A stretch of 64,000 nucleotides of DNA from Vitrella brassicaformis CCMP3155. Lineage: Eukaryota > Protista > Chromerida. Below, in pieces: positions 29,326 to 40,840 of this stretch. The stretch covers positions 41,827 to 105,826 of the forward strand of contig CDMY01000352.1 in NCBI GenBank assembly GCA_001179505.1. The letters are read 5' to 3'. The first letter of the stretch is position 1; every line of letters starts with the position of its first letter. Both the position numbers and the translations under genes were made by a program. The notes beneath the pieces are model-generated. The model was not told the origin of the DNA, searched no databases, and was given only the letters and a program-made list of their open reading frames with translations.

Positions 29326-31670
29326 CTACTGGAAGATGTCATTGGTCGTGCCTCCGCCGCGGCCGAGCTGGTGCCACTTCTGGATGTCTTCGATCTTGTG
29401 TGTGTCCACCTGCTGGACTGTGTCCTCCACTATGGTCATCATGTCCTCCATACACACCTGAATACACACATATATTGCAAACACCTGTATTGATTGTCGA
29501 TTTAATGCAGTGTGGAGGGGCGTACCTGTTGGTCCCAGGGGCATCCAGCAAAATGTTTGATGAAGTCCCCCTTCTGCCAGCCATACCCATGCCACGCCTC
29601 CCCAACAGAAGGCAGATACGCATTCAAATGAGACTGAACCACGCACACACAGACAGAGAAAGACAGAGACCACTCTCCTTGCAGACAGACAGCGACCTGT
29701 CTCTGTCACTCACTCACCTGGTGGACGAACCGCACTTGTGTTGGTAATTCGCTGTCCAGGTCGCGTGTGTGGTGCGCCTCGGCGACCTTGGACACGTTCA
29801 TGAGCAGTGCGGGGGGCCCCACGATCTCCCACAGCATCATCGACTGGTCCCACGCAATGTCATGGGGGTTCATTATCACACGCTGCAATGCATCCATCCC
29901 ATCCAACACACACATAGAAATAAACGCCACCAATGAAAGCCGGCGGGGCGGGCGAATGGATGGGAGCAGACCTGGAGGAATTCTAGCGTCCAGTTAGACT
30001 GCTGGAAAATCATGACACCCGTGTTGATGCCTGAGGGCTCCTCTGCAACAAAAACCTCGCCACGGCCGTCCACACCGGGCCCAAGCATCTTCTCTCCGTA
30101 AGAGTACACGATGGCCTGGCGGACACAATTACATATACGTCCCCATTCAATGGCGGCGCTTCCTTCCTTGTCAGGCGGAACATCTCCCTACCTCCACTGG
30201 GAGTATGAGGTCAGTGAAGAAGGCGTCGCAGTCAATCCACAGCAGGATGTCGGGTGGAGGAGCCGCCGGAGTCTCATGAGTGGACAAACCTGCAGGCAGA
30301 GGAGATTGCCGTCCATCACGCGTGCATCATGCATGGCCGCTGTGTGTGTGTGTGTGAGACCGGCGAGTCTTCTGTAGGAGAGAACCAGCTTGCTGAAGTG
30401 AGCATCACGGTCTGCAGCGGAGAAAAGTACACACAAGATGAGATGGCGGTATGTAGGCAAAGAGGGAGGGTGTCACTCACCTTCCACTGGCAGTCTTTTG
30501 TGGTGAAAGTACTGATACCCATGGATGTCCGCATACAGCTACACACATACGGCAGAACACAAGTCGAAGTACCCGTCACAGCGGCACAACGTGTGTAAGC
30601 GTCCCTGCCCACCTTATGATTGGTTGTGGCTAGCTGTGGCAGGGGCGCCCCAGGGGGATAGACACAAAGGTCATGCACCTACAGACACGCACACACAGCC
30701 CACACTACCACACAATATATATACGCACACTGAAGCAGGCAGGCACATGGGTCTCCATCTCCCTACCTCTACAGTTGCGTGGGCGAGTCGGTGTGTGGTT
30801 GGCGGCGGCTCGAGATCAGGAGGGACCAGCCCCAGCTTCGTGTGCAGGGACACCAACGCGCTGCTGTAATGCACCTGCTGGTAGGGGTTGTATCGCCGTT
30901 CGTATCGGTTCTCAGGCACGCCGATGCACAGGTCTGTCTTGTTGACCTCCTGACCCTCAGACGAAAGGCAGTTGTACCAGCGACTCATGGCCTGAAGAAA
31001 GGAAAAACACAGCCAACAATGATGGAACAAGCTTTGCGCTCTGTCTGAGATACTCACCCGAATATGGAATAAGTTGCCGAGCCGCGCGAGCCCCTGACCT
31101 CTATGGTACTGCTCCAGAGAGGCGGCCAGGTCCGATGCACGGGAGAACCACTCAGCTGCCAATTGAGGGCAGGCGCGAGGGAGGGCAGGCTCGCTGGACA
31201 TCACTGCTAGGCTGATCAGCATGGCCTGAAGGAACACAAAAGAAGAAATACCCTTGTGGATGGATGGATGAATGCCTTACCTGGAGCGATTCGAGAGGAT
31301 GGGATACGTAGGTCATGGCGTGAGCCCTAAGCAGTCCTGCCATGACGACCGTCCAGTCCTGCGCTACAGCATCTTCCAGCCGAGGACAGTCCTCCTCGAG
31401 GATCTGTGTCGCCACCATCGAAAAGGCGCCTGGATCTGGCGCGCGCACAGCTGCCTCAGCGTCCTCCACCGGAGGGATCTCTTGCTGCTGGACGGGCTCC
31501 TGTGGCTCATCTTTGGCGTCATGGCTCTCCAGGATGGATCCCAGATCAGCTCTGAAGGGCTGCAGTTTCGGGATCTGGCCAGGGCGATGTGCCGCACCGG
31601 GGATTGCGAAGGACGACAGCTGAGGACGGACAGCAGGGAGGAAGCACAGGAACGTGAGAAAATGGCTCAT
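29326..31670 (-). CDS. GT34 (GMA12/MNN10-like) glycosyltransferase with long N-terminal extension
   Basis: Spliced C-terminal half: AHFSKLVL, LLWIDCDAFFTD (DxD), GINTGVMIFQQSNWTLEFL, WDQSMM, HLNAY, WQKGDFIKHFAGC. N-terminal hydrophobic leader. Confidence 0.8.
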
Positions 31671-31788
31671 CGCGCGACTTGGCTCTTGGCTGTTTACGGT
31701 TGTAAATTATTCTGTCTTCGGAATGGCGGCATTTTGGGCTGCATTCGCCTTGTTTGTGGCTTCTGTCGCCGCTCTGCGTCAGCAGCGA

Positions 31789-33546
31789 ATGGAACGGTAA
31801 GCGCGAGATCTGACGAACGACGAGATCTGAAGCAATCTGAAGCCAAAAGCGGTCCTCCCTCTCTTTCAGGACGTTGGAGAGTCCCGATGTCATCGTCGGC
31901 ACACTAAAGAACATGCGCAGAACATTCTTTGACAAGGTGCGCATGATTCGAATGGATTGGATTGTGTTGATGTTTCCCTGCCTTTTCCCGCGCGCAGTTG
32001 CGTGAGGCGGAGAGAGGCGACGAAAGAAGAGAACTTCAAGGGGATCACGGAAAGTGCAGGCGATGACGCCGACCTCCAGGCATCTGCACTCGCACAGGTA
32101 CAGGTGACCCACAGGAACGTCCCTTACTCATCGTGCAGTTATCATCGTGTGCGTGTGTCGAAAACCTGTGCAGTGGCAGAAGGAACGGGACACACTCGAT
32201 GATGAGATTGCTGACACGAAGTCATACATTGAGGCAATGGAGCAGGCTTTGGATCACCTCACATTCGGTGCCTGGCGCAATGACCTGACGGACGGGGACG
32301 AGCAGCCCATCACTGCACCGAAGACAGAAAGCGTAGGCGAGAGAAGAAAACTGCAGATTGACACCGTAGCTAGACATGCGGATGTGTGTCTGTGTCATGT
32401 GTGCAGTACATGTACGAGGCCTTGGTCCAGGCTGAGTCAGTGATAGAGAGGGGCAAGAAGAGGCTCTCCCGCTCGTGAGCGAAATGATGTAGATAGGTGT
32501 GTGTCACTAAAGCGTATAGAGCATGGACTGATACCGATACAGATGTACATGTATCCGCTCAATCGATATCGATCGCATGTCTGTACACGTTGCAGCTGAC
32601 CAGGGAAAATCATTCAGCCACAACCAAACAAGCTTAAGGGCAACCAAAGCAGACAGACTTGAGCACGCCGCCATGCGATTTCTGTTGGTGTTGATCGCCT
32701 TGGAGGCTCTCATGATGCCCGACATTGTGTCATCCCGCCACGCCTCCCACAGCCTCCCACAGTCACAAGCAGACAGCACTCGCCCTCCCAAGCGACCAAA
32801 GTGAGGAGGCGACCAATCACGAGGAGAAAGAGGATAACGAAGAGGAACAGTGAGTCTGAGACACATGTGAGAGACACACACATGCACGACCATCAGTGGC
32901 TGTCTGTCTGTCTTGCCTATGTGTCTGTGTGTCAGCGGCAGCGGTGAGTCAGTGGCTGATGTGTTGAAACAGGTGGAGGAGGAAGAAGCCAAAGAAGAAG
33001 AGTCAGCCATGAAAACACACACACACACACGATGACACATACTCACACCACATCAAATGCATCAACAGGAAGGAGTTGGCGTCTGAGAGAGAGCATCAGG
33101 AGGAGATCGCCGCCGAGCGCGAGAGTGAGGCCGACAGACAGCAAGAGGAGGAGAACGAACTCGCACAACAGCAACAACAGCCAGAGTAACCACACGACAC
33201 ACGTCACACCATTGCATCTTCACCAATGTCTCTCTAGCTCTGTCTTTGTGTGTCAGGCCTGTGCTGCCACCTGCTGCTCCTGTTGGTGCTGGTGTGCATA
33301 AAGAGAAGCCGTGCGAAGCCGCCAAACACCTCCGAAGACTCAAGAAAGAACACACCGAGGTACACATCCATCAAGAACACGCACACGTCTGTCATGTGAT
33401 TGGATGCACTTGTGTCTCTGTGTGTGCGTTTCATCGACCAGCACGTGCACGACGCAATCAAAGACATCATCGGCAGTATCATCAGCAAGGCGAGCGACGT
33501 GTCGCTGCTCTCGCAGGACGCGCTCGCCAAACCGGGCCAGCCATGA
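31789..33546 (+). CDS. Hypothetical Glu-rich/coiled-coil protein (exon chain not fully resolved)
   Basis: Exon-like blocks: MER|TLESPDVIVGTLKNMRRTFFDK, WQKERDTLDDEIADTKSYIEAMEQALDHL, YMYEALVQAESVIERGKKRL, VADVLKQVEEEEAKEEE, ELASEREHQEEIAAERESE, HVHDAIKDIIGSIISKAS. One junction near 31945-31998 is out of phase. Confidence 0.45.
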
Positions 33547-33894
33547 ACGAGTGACATAAGTGCGATGCATCGATGGGTGGACGCAAGTGCGTGAGTGGAC
33601 GACAATCGTGACGACAAGAGAGAGACACGCATGTTGAATGGATGAGTGAATGAGTGTCACACGAGCGATTGTACCGGTGTAGATGAGTCGCCACATCAAA
33701 ATGCACCACATCACCACCCTCCTCTGGCGATGGATCCAACATCAGTGGCCGCAACCTGAAGCAACAGAGTAATTCCACTATTGCTGACGATATGTGAGCT
33801 GCTCACTTGATGGTCAATCAGTTGATGGTCAATCAGCTCTGCCGACCGATGGGATAGATAAGCGACGGTTATGGGATGCGTTATAAGCCTTCAC

Positions 33895-34285
33895 ATAACC
33901 GTCGCTATTCATTCTGTTCTCTGGTCGTTGTGGCACCTGGCGGGCAGATGGCCAGCAACGAAGCGCCAGAATGGACGGGTGAAGGTCCCTTCTGTTGCTC
34001 TGCCGCCGCCCACCAACCGCCCGCCAGACGCCACAACACCATGACACACACCGAGACAGTGAGAGAGAAATGGACAGCCACACACACATCACACAAATGT
34101 CAATCGACCAATCGCCGCCGGCAAGCACGGCCCTGGCTGCCCGTTTGTCTCTGACTGTCTCCGTCAAGGAGGCAATGCAACACCGAGAGTGTGTGGTTCG
34201 TTACACATTTCTCGTGTCGCCTGGCCCCGCCGACGCCGACAGCACAGAGACCAACAGACACACTCGCAATAGGTGAGGGGACAAA
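33895..34285 (+). repeat. Dispersed ~390-bp repeat, copy A
   Basis: Near-identical blocks (e.g. gaatggacgggtgaaggtcccttctgttgctctgccgccgcccaccaaccgcccgccagacgccacaacaccatgacacacaccgagaca) are shared with 44918-45315 (direct) and 37400-37772 (inverted). Confidence 0.9.
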
Positions 34286-34391
34286 CACTCTTTCTGTACT
34301 GTACACCCCTTCCCCCCCAAATCATCGACAACACGCACACGACCCTCTGCTTTCCCTCTCTCTCTGCCCGCACCACTCTACATGTGTCTGC

Positions 34392-35048
34392 CTATCTCGG
34401 CACTGGTTTCTTCTCCTTGCCCGCCTTGGGCCACCAGTCCGACCATGGCCACTTGATGAGGCCGTAGAAGTCGCGCAGCATCTCCAGCTGGTAAGGGGTG
34501 TAGGGGAACTGAGGCATGGGCTTGTCCATGATCTTGGGGTAGTAGGGGTGCCGCCGCACGCAGTCTTCCTTCTGCGGCAGACGCAGCCGCTCCATCAGCC
34601 ACTCAACCTCCACATCATCGCTCACCGCCCTCTGTGCCACGCACACACACACACACACAGCAGACAGGCATTTTAATCAATGAGTGCCTGCTCTCTGTGC
34701 AGACCTGTTTGTGTGTTGACTCTCCTCTCTCACCTTCAGTTCAGAGCTGCTGAGGACCGGTGTTGGGATGATGTGGGGGTCTGTGTCGGGCTCCCTCGGG
34801 TTGTTGGTGACGTTGACCTCTGCCCATTTGGTCAGTACAGGCAGGAAGGACCTCTTGCGGATGACGCGGCACTCCATGTGCCCCACCGACAGGTACCTGT
34901 CCAGCAGCCGCTCCTTGAGCTTGTTGCGGCATTGCAGCACCACCAGATCTCTGTGAACCTTTGACCGGAAGAACGCCCGCCTGCTGCCAGATGGCGTCCT
35001 CACCACGACAGATCTGGCCGTGTCAGCAAGCGCGGAAGACGTGCTCAT
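34392..35048 (-). CDS. Small basic hypothetical protein (2 exons, ~180 aa), possibly mitochondrial
   Basis: Exon 1 MSTSSALADTARSVVVRTPSGSRRAFFRSKVHRDL...SSSELK; exon 2 RAVSDDVEVEWLMERLRLPQKEDCVRRHPYYPKIMDK...KEKKPVPR*. GC3-biased codons; Ser/Arg-rich N-terminus. Confidence 0.65.
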
Positions 35049-35065
35049 GGTTGAGGCGCCTTCTG

Positions 35066-35100
35066 CTTAGGGTTCAGGATTGACAGTTTAGGGTTCAGGG
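35066..35100. promoter_or_regulatory. Degenerate telomere-like 7-mer array inside an 84-bp bidirectional promoter
   Basis: cttaggg-ttcagga-ttgacag-tttaggg-ttcaggg lies between the divergent ATGs at 35048 and 35133. A regulatory role is inferred. Confidence 0.45.
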
Positions 35101-35132
35101 TTCCTATTAAACCGGAATCATGTCCGAGATGA

Positions 35133-37136
35133 ATGGAGGAGGAAAATGGCAGCAGACGAATAAGCGCGTGGGTGCGGCTCGATTCTCTTGATCACGACAA
35201 CTCACAACCTAGCTCACAACAGACAGCCCAACCCGAATCCACGCCTTTCGTCCCACCGGGTACCTCTGCCGAGCCTGCTGCTGCTGTTGCTGCTGCTGCC
35301 CCTTCTGCTGACATGACGACCAACACCGTGCCTTCATCGAATGCACAAGGCGAGGGCAAGACCGCCGCTGTTGCCGGGCCCATCTTCTGGGGCTTGATGC
35401 TCGTATGGGCACTCGCCATCATCATTCTCGGAGTAACCGGGGCAAGTGTAAGTGGAATGCCAAGATCCACGCCGTGGCGTGCATCCACTGACCGCATGGC
35501 ATATGTGCGTATTGTGGTTTGCATCTATCGGTTTGTGTTGTCAGGTGGGCCAGGACTGGTTGATCGGGCCCATCAATTTCATCTCCATCAACGCTATAAT
35601 CGCGGCGTACCTGTTTCTGCCGGCCTTCCGCAGGCACTTCAACACGCTGGACCTGCAGCTGCTCTCGTCCATACACATATGGAGGTCAGCCCAGCCAAAC
35701 TTATACTACACGCACTTACACGTCAGGAATGCAGGCACGGGACGGGCGCGCCTCTCTCTCTGTCTGTGTGTCTTCAGGATCATCCCAGGTGTCCTGTTTT
35801 TCTACTACGGCTTCGTCAAGGGCTCCCTGCCGCACTTCTTTACATGGGCCGCAGGCACCGGCGACATCCTGGTGTGTACACATGTGCGTGTGTGTGCGAT
35901 GCATGAATCTGGCATTGCTCTGCTGCTGTGCTTTCTTCAGGTCGGTGTGGTGGCGCTGCCGATCGCCCTGATGCCCCTGTCATCGGCCGACCGCCTCACG
36001 GCCACCGAGCGCCGCCAGCGGCGTAGCTTCCTGCTGACCTTCACGGTGTTTGCGCTGTGCGACTGGGTGGTGGCTGTGGGCAGCGGCATCGGCTCCAACA
36101 TCCTCACAGTGCCCAAGATCGAGACCCTCACGACCTTCCCTCTGTTCTTCGTGCCGGCCTTCCAGGCGCCCTTCAATGGCGCCATCACCATCCTCACTCT
36201 CATCCGACTCATCCGTGGTGTCGAGGAGGTGACCGTCAGCAAGAGAGCGGCCGAGGACAGAGAGAGGGAGGGGGAGACCAGGCCGGCTGCTGTCACGACG
36301 GCATCGGTCGTCGGCATAGTCTTCTTTACCTTCTGGTCGATGTGGGCAATGGCTGCCTGGGTGCTGGCGTCCACCGGCGTGACGGCGATGCTCCACACGG
36401 GAGCGACGCCGGCTGTGGTGGCGAGCTTCTCTATTGTCCAGACGCTCGTGTATTTCTGTGGGTGGTTTGGCTTCCGTGAGTTCGTGCACTCGCTCAACCT
36501 GCAGGCCGTTGCTGCATACAATATGTGGAGGTGGGAGAGCCGCACGGGCAAATCGTTGACGATGCCTCATCCATTTGGTATGTCGGTGTGTGTTGGTCTT
36601 CAGGTTGCCAGCGGGGATAAGTTTCCTGTATTACGGCCTCGTGTCGTCCAAGTCGACACTGCCAGTCATGTTTGGGTGGAACGCGGGCATCGGCGACGTG
36701 GTGCACGGCCTCTGGGCATTCGTCATGGCCTTCATACCGCACCCACAGGTAGGTAGATCAACACACAGCATAGCCAGACAACCACACACATGCCGTGGAT
36801 TGGATGTCTGCGCGCCTCCTTTGGTTTCTTCAGGACGTCGGTCTGGTGCTGTCGCCTCCGGGTGCATCGTCGGCCGCTGGCAAGAAGGATGGCTACGACA
36901 CTCTGGCACTGTGGTGCCACCGTGCTCACGTCGCCTTCCACATTGCGGGTTTAGCCGAGTTCGTGCTGCCGATGATGACAGGCATGCTGAGCTGGCAGCT
37001 CGGCAACCCGCTGGCCAACCACCTGATGCATTTCCCAATTGTTTTGATCCCCTGGGTGGGCGTGGCCTCCACACTGCCGCAGCACGTATATGTGTTGCAC
37101 CGGCTGCTGACCAAGACATTCGCAGCGGAGGCGTAG
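35133..37136 (+). CDS. Polytopic membrane protein of two tandem homologous repeats (bacterial-type uncharacterised family)
   Basis: Repeat 1: FRRHFNTLDLQLLSSIHIWR|IIPGVLFFYYG..LPHFFTWAAGTGDIL...TFPLFFVPAF. Repeat 2: FREFVHSLNLQAVAAYNMWR|LPAGISFLYYG..LPVMFGWNAGIGDVV...HFPIVLIPWV. Confidence 0.8.
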
Positions 37137-37399
37137 ACACGTGTGAGGGGGAAACAGGAAGGGCAGGCAAGGGAGGTAGGGGGTCGCTTGTACGTTGTGC
37201 ATATGCGCCAGTGCAGGGCGTGGCGTGGGGCTACGGTATCGGTGTGCAGATACCTGTGGAAGCTTTTCGCGTGTGTTAAAAGTGCGTGTCTGAGCGTGTG
37301 TGCAGCTGTGCAGTTTTGTGGGATGTGGTTGACTGACTAGTACTAGCTAAGTGGGTGTACCGCTGTTGTTTTTGAAAGCCGTTAATTGGCTTCTTGAGC

Positions 37400-37772
37400 A
37401 CTGTTTTGCCCTCACCTGTTGCGAGTGTGTCTGTTGGTCTCTGTGCTGTCGGCGTCGGCGGGGCCAGGCGACACGAGAAATGTGTGAACAGCCACACACT
37501 CTCGGTGTTACCTGACTCCCTCGACTCCGACAGTCAGAGACAAACGGGCAGCCATGGCCGTGGTTGCCGGCGACGACTGGTCGATTGGCATTTGTGTGGC
37601 TGTCCATCTCTCTCTCTCTCTTGTTGTCTCGGTGTGTGTCATGGTGTTGTGGCGTCTGGTGGGCGGTTGGTGGGCGGCGGCAGAGCAACAGAAGGGACCT
37701 TCACACGTCCATTCTGACGCTGTGACGCCATCCGTAGCTGCCCGCCAGGTGTCACAGCGACCAGAGAACAGA
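37400..37772 (-). repeat. Dispersed ~390-bp repeat, copy B (inverted)
   Basis: Its reverse complement matches copies A and C, from ctgttctctggtcgc to aggtgagggcaaaac. Confidence 0.9.
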
Positions 37773-37989
37773 GTAAAAAGCGATCCGATGGTCTCATCGG
37801 CCTTTTGATGGTCTGTCATTGACGCAAGTGAACGATGTCTGAGTGTCCGAAACACGCACACACTCTTCTCTCTCAATCGTCAGTGAAGATGCGATAGCCT
37901 GCAACCGCACGTCAGACACACACCACGCACCATCCCAGACGGCCAAGTAGGCAACCATTATACTCACTCACGCACATACATACCAGCGG

Positions 37990-38772
37990 TAAGATTGTGG
38001 TTTCTTGTGAGGTCGCAGCAGTTCAGGTAGGCAGGCGAGTCGATGCCCTTGCCATGCTTCTGCACCTGATCACCCTCTGATCACCCACACCACACCCAAA
38101 CACACGCACACACGCACGCAGAGGAGAAAAGACGGACCTGCATGGCATGTGCCCAACGAAGAGTGAGCGACAGAATCACCTCCGAGAAGCAGTGATGTCT
38201 CGTTGTCAACCGGGGGGGCCGGCTGGGCCTTTTTGCCCTTCTGTGCAGAGCACACAACACATGCACTCCCTGCCTCTAGTTGCGGTGTGGGTAGATCATT
38301 TGTGTCGTCTAGTGCACCGCATAGAACTGCAGCGCAGCATCAGGCGACGGCGCCCACGCCTTCTGCACAGCGGTGGTCTGCGAGGGGTCCATCCCCTCTT
38401 TGTAGTTCTCGGCCACGAGTTTCACCTCCTTGGCGCGAGTGGCCTTGTGGAACTCCGTCATCGACGACATGCCAGCACTGTACGGTACGTGTCGCATCGC
38501 ATCGCATCGCATCAATCAACAAGTGTGGGTGCATTCATTTTGCTACGCAGAGAGAGGTGATGGGATGGCGGCTCCTACATACTTTGTTTTCATCGTGACT
38601 GGGTCGGCTTTCTCCGTCTTCTTCACCCACGAGTAGCCGGCAGGGGAGCCGAAACGGACGCGACTCTCGGTGTCGAAATACCTTGCGCGTGAGACAGATG
38701 GATGGCCCATGTATATCAATTGCACGGTATACGTCTCCTGCAGCCTAGGTACCTACATCTTCTCGTGTGCAT
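37990..38772 (-). CDS. Small multi-exon orphan protein; 3' end uncertain
   Basis: In-phase GT-AG joins: MHTRRCR|YFDTESRVRFGSPAGYSWVKKTEKADPVTMKTN|AGMSSMTEFHKATRAKEVKLVAENYKEG...ALQFYA|KGKKAQPAPPVDNETSLLLG. Confidence 0.55.
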
Positions 38773-39832
38773 CGTCGTGATGATCAATGAGCGCCCCAAA
38801 GCCACGCGGAGGGCCACCGACAGGCCGTCTGCCCGGCAAGAGGCAGAGAGATACAGACACGGACGGCTGCTTCCTTCTCATCTGCTGTCAGTCAGTCACC
38901 TCGATTCGTCGCAGACTTCGAGGATGTTTCTGGGCTGGATCATGCGGGCAGGGAGAGGGGGGTCGGCCACAAACTCGGGATGGGCGGCCCTTCCTGTCCA
39001 TCAAAAGAGAGAGACGTCTCAAAGGCAACTCTCTTGGTCTGCTCGTCTGCCTGGCCGCTTGCTCCTCTATCGCTCACTTTGGAAGTCGGCTCTGTGCGTC
39101 GTCTGCATCTCGCGGTAGCCAAAATCTGAGCCAGCCAGACGGCAGACACACGACTTTCTCTCTCTCCCCCCTCTCGGTGAGTGTCCCGCCTGCTTGGCTC
39201 ACCCGCGACGGCCCATGATCTGTGGTGCGGAATCCGTGCAGTTCTGTGCAGGATGGCATCCTTGGTCTGCGGCCCTAAAGAGGCCACGATGTAGCTCTCC
39301 TGGGGGCGCAGCTGCGCAGCAAGGCACAAGACAGGCAGGCAGGCGGGAAGACAGAAGGTGTGTGTCGGCGACGGGTGAGTGCTCGCAGTCTCACTGTCTT
39401 GTTGTCCCTGAAGTCTTTGCTCGGCTGCTCCAGAGCAAACCGCTCCTCAAACCTGACCAAACATGTCCACGGCACAGCACCGGTGTGCATGACCTCTTTG
39501 CACTGAGGGAGCAGTCACTCGGCCTTGGCTCACCAGTTGGCTTGCAGTGTTTTCAGCCCATACGTGCCGCGATGCATCTTGACAACAGGAGAAGCGCGGA
39601 GGAGCCTTTTTCAGCTGATGAGGCGAGCTCAGTCTTCGAGAATTGCGAGCTCAAAGCGATCTTGACGCCAAAGTTGTCAAAAGGAGACGAGCAGACACCG
39701 TATCACCGTCTGTTGGTCACCTCTAAAGACCAGTAGTGTGTTTGGATCCCTTTCTTTTTTTTGGAGCATCGTCAGAGCGGCGTCTGGCATTGGCGTGACG
39801 CGTGTGTGGTATCGTAGCTTGAGTGGGTGAGT

Positions 39833-40840
39833 ATGATCAAGATCTACGGCGTGGGGAGGGGACGGGGGAAGGAGGGGGAGAACAAGCCTGCCGCGCCGAA
39901 GCGACAGCCGGGAGAGATTCGGATACAGAAAGGTGAGGCCAACACGACACACACGGGCTAGGGAGGGACACGAATGCACTTGTGTGTGGCGCACGCACAG
40001 CCAGAAGCCACGAGAAACACCAGATTCCTGTTGTGCCTTTCTTTCTGTGTGTGTGCTGTCCTGTCGTTGCTCTCTGCCTGTGGTCAGAGTTGGATGAGTT
40101 GGAGCTTCCGCCGCACACGAGCATCGCCGTGCCGGACAAGAACAACCTGATGGCCTTCCACATCACCATCGCACCCGACGAGGGCTTCTGGAAGGGCGCC
40201 ACCTACAAGTTCGTGTTCAACGTGCCCGGCGCATACCCACACGAACCGCCCAAAGTCAAATGCGAAACCAAGGTGCGCATTTGCGTCGGCGGAGGGGAGG
40301 GAGGGGGATGGTGTGCTTGTGTGGGGGTGGGTGGGCGGGTGATGGATTTGTTGTGGTTGTGCTGTGTGTGTCAACCAGATATATCACCCGAACATCGATT
40401 TGCAGGGCAACGTGTGTTTGAACATCTTGAGGGAAGACTGGAAGCCCGTCCTCAGCATCAACACCATCGTATATGGACTGCTGTACCTATTCCTCGTACG
40501 CACAGCACACACTCCACAGACATGAATGACATGCCCTCTCACACACGCGTAACTGTTTCCATGTGGGTGGTGGATGCCCTAATGTGTGATTGTCATCAGG
40601 AGCCCAACCCAGGCGACCCATTGAACCACGGTAGGGTAGGACACACCTGGGGTGGCGTGACCAACACACACAGAGAGGGAAGCAGAGACCCATGCTGTGC
40701 TGTGTGCAATCGTGTGTGTGTGTGTGTGTGCAGAGGCTGCTGATGCGCTGCGGACCGACCGGGTGAACTTCGCACGTCTGGTCGGGCGGTCGCTCAAGGG
40801 CGGGGTCGTGGCGGGCGAGTCGTTCCCTAAGCTCACATGA
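39833..40840 (+). CDS. UBC12: NEDD8-conjugating enzyme Ubc12/UBE2M
   Basis: MIKIYGVG...PGEIRIQK|ELDELELP...[22 protein letters not shown]|[28 protein letters not shown]...|[10 protein letters not shown]|EAA...GRSLKGG. Confidence 0.95.

Noticed and set aside
33794-33836. Small palindrome gtgagc-t-gctcac and a 15-bp tandem duplication (ttgatggtcaatcag x2) near repeat copy A
   Set aside because: The duplication is tandem and does not flank the element, so it is not a target-site duplication; not seen beside copies B or C.
39194-39736. 180-aa ORF upstream of UBC12
   Set aside because: No ATG-led model, no typical introns or codon bias, and no recognisable domain.
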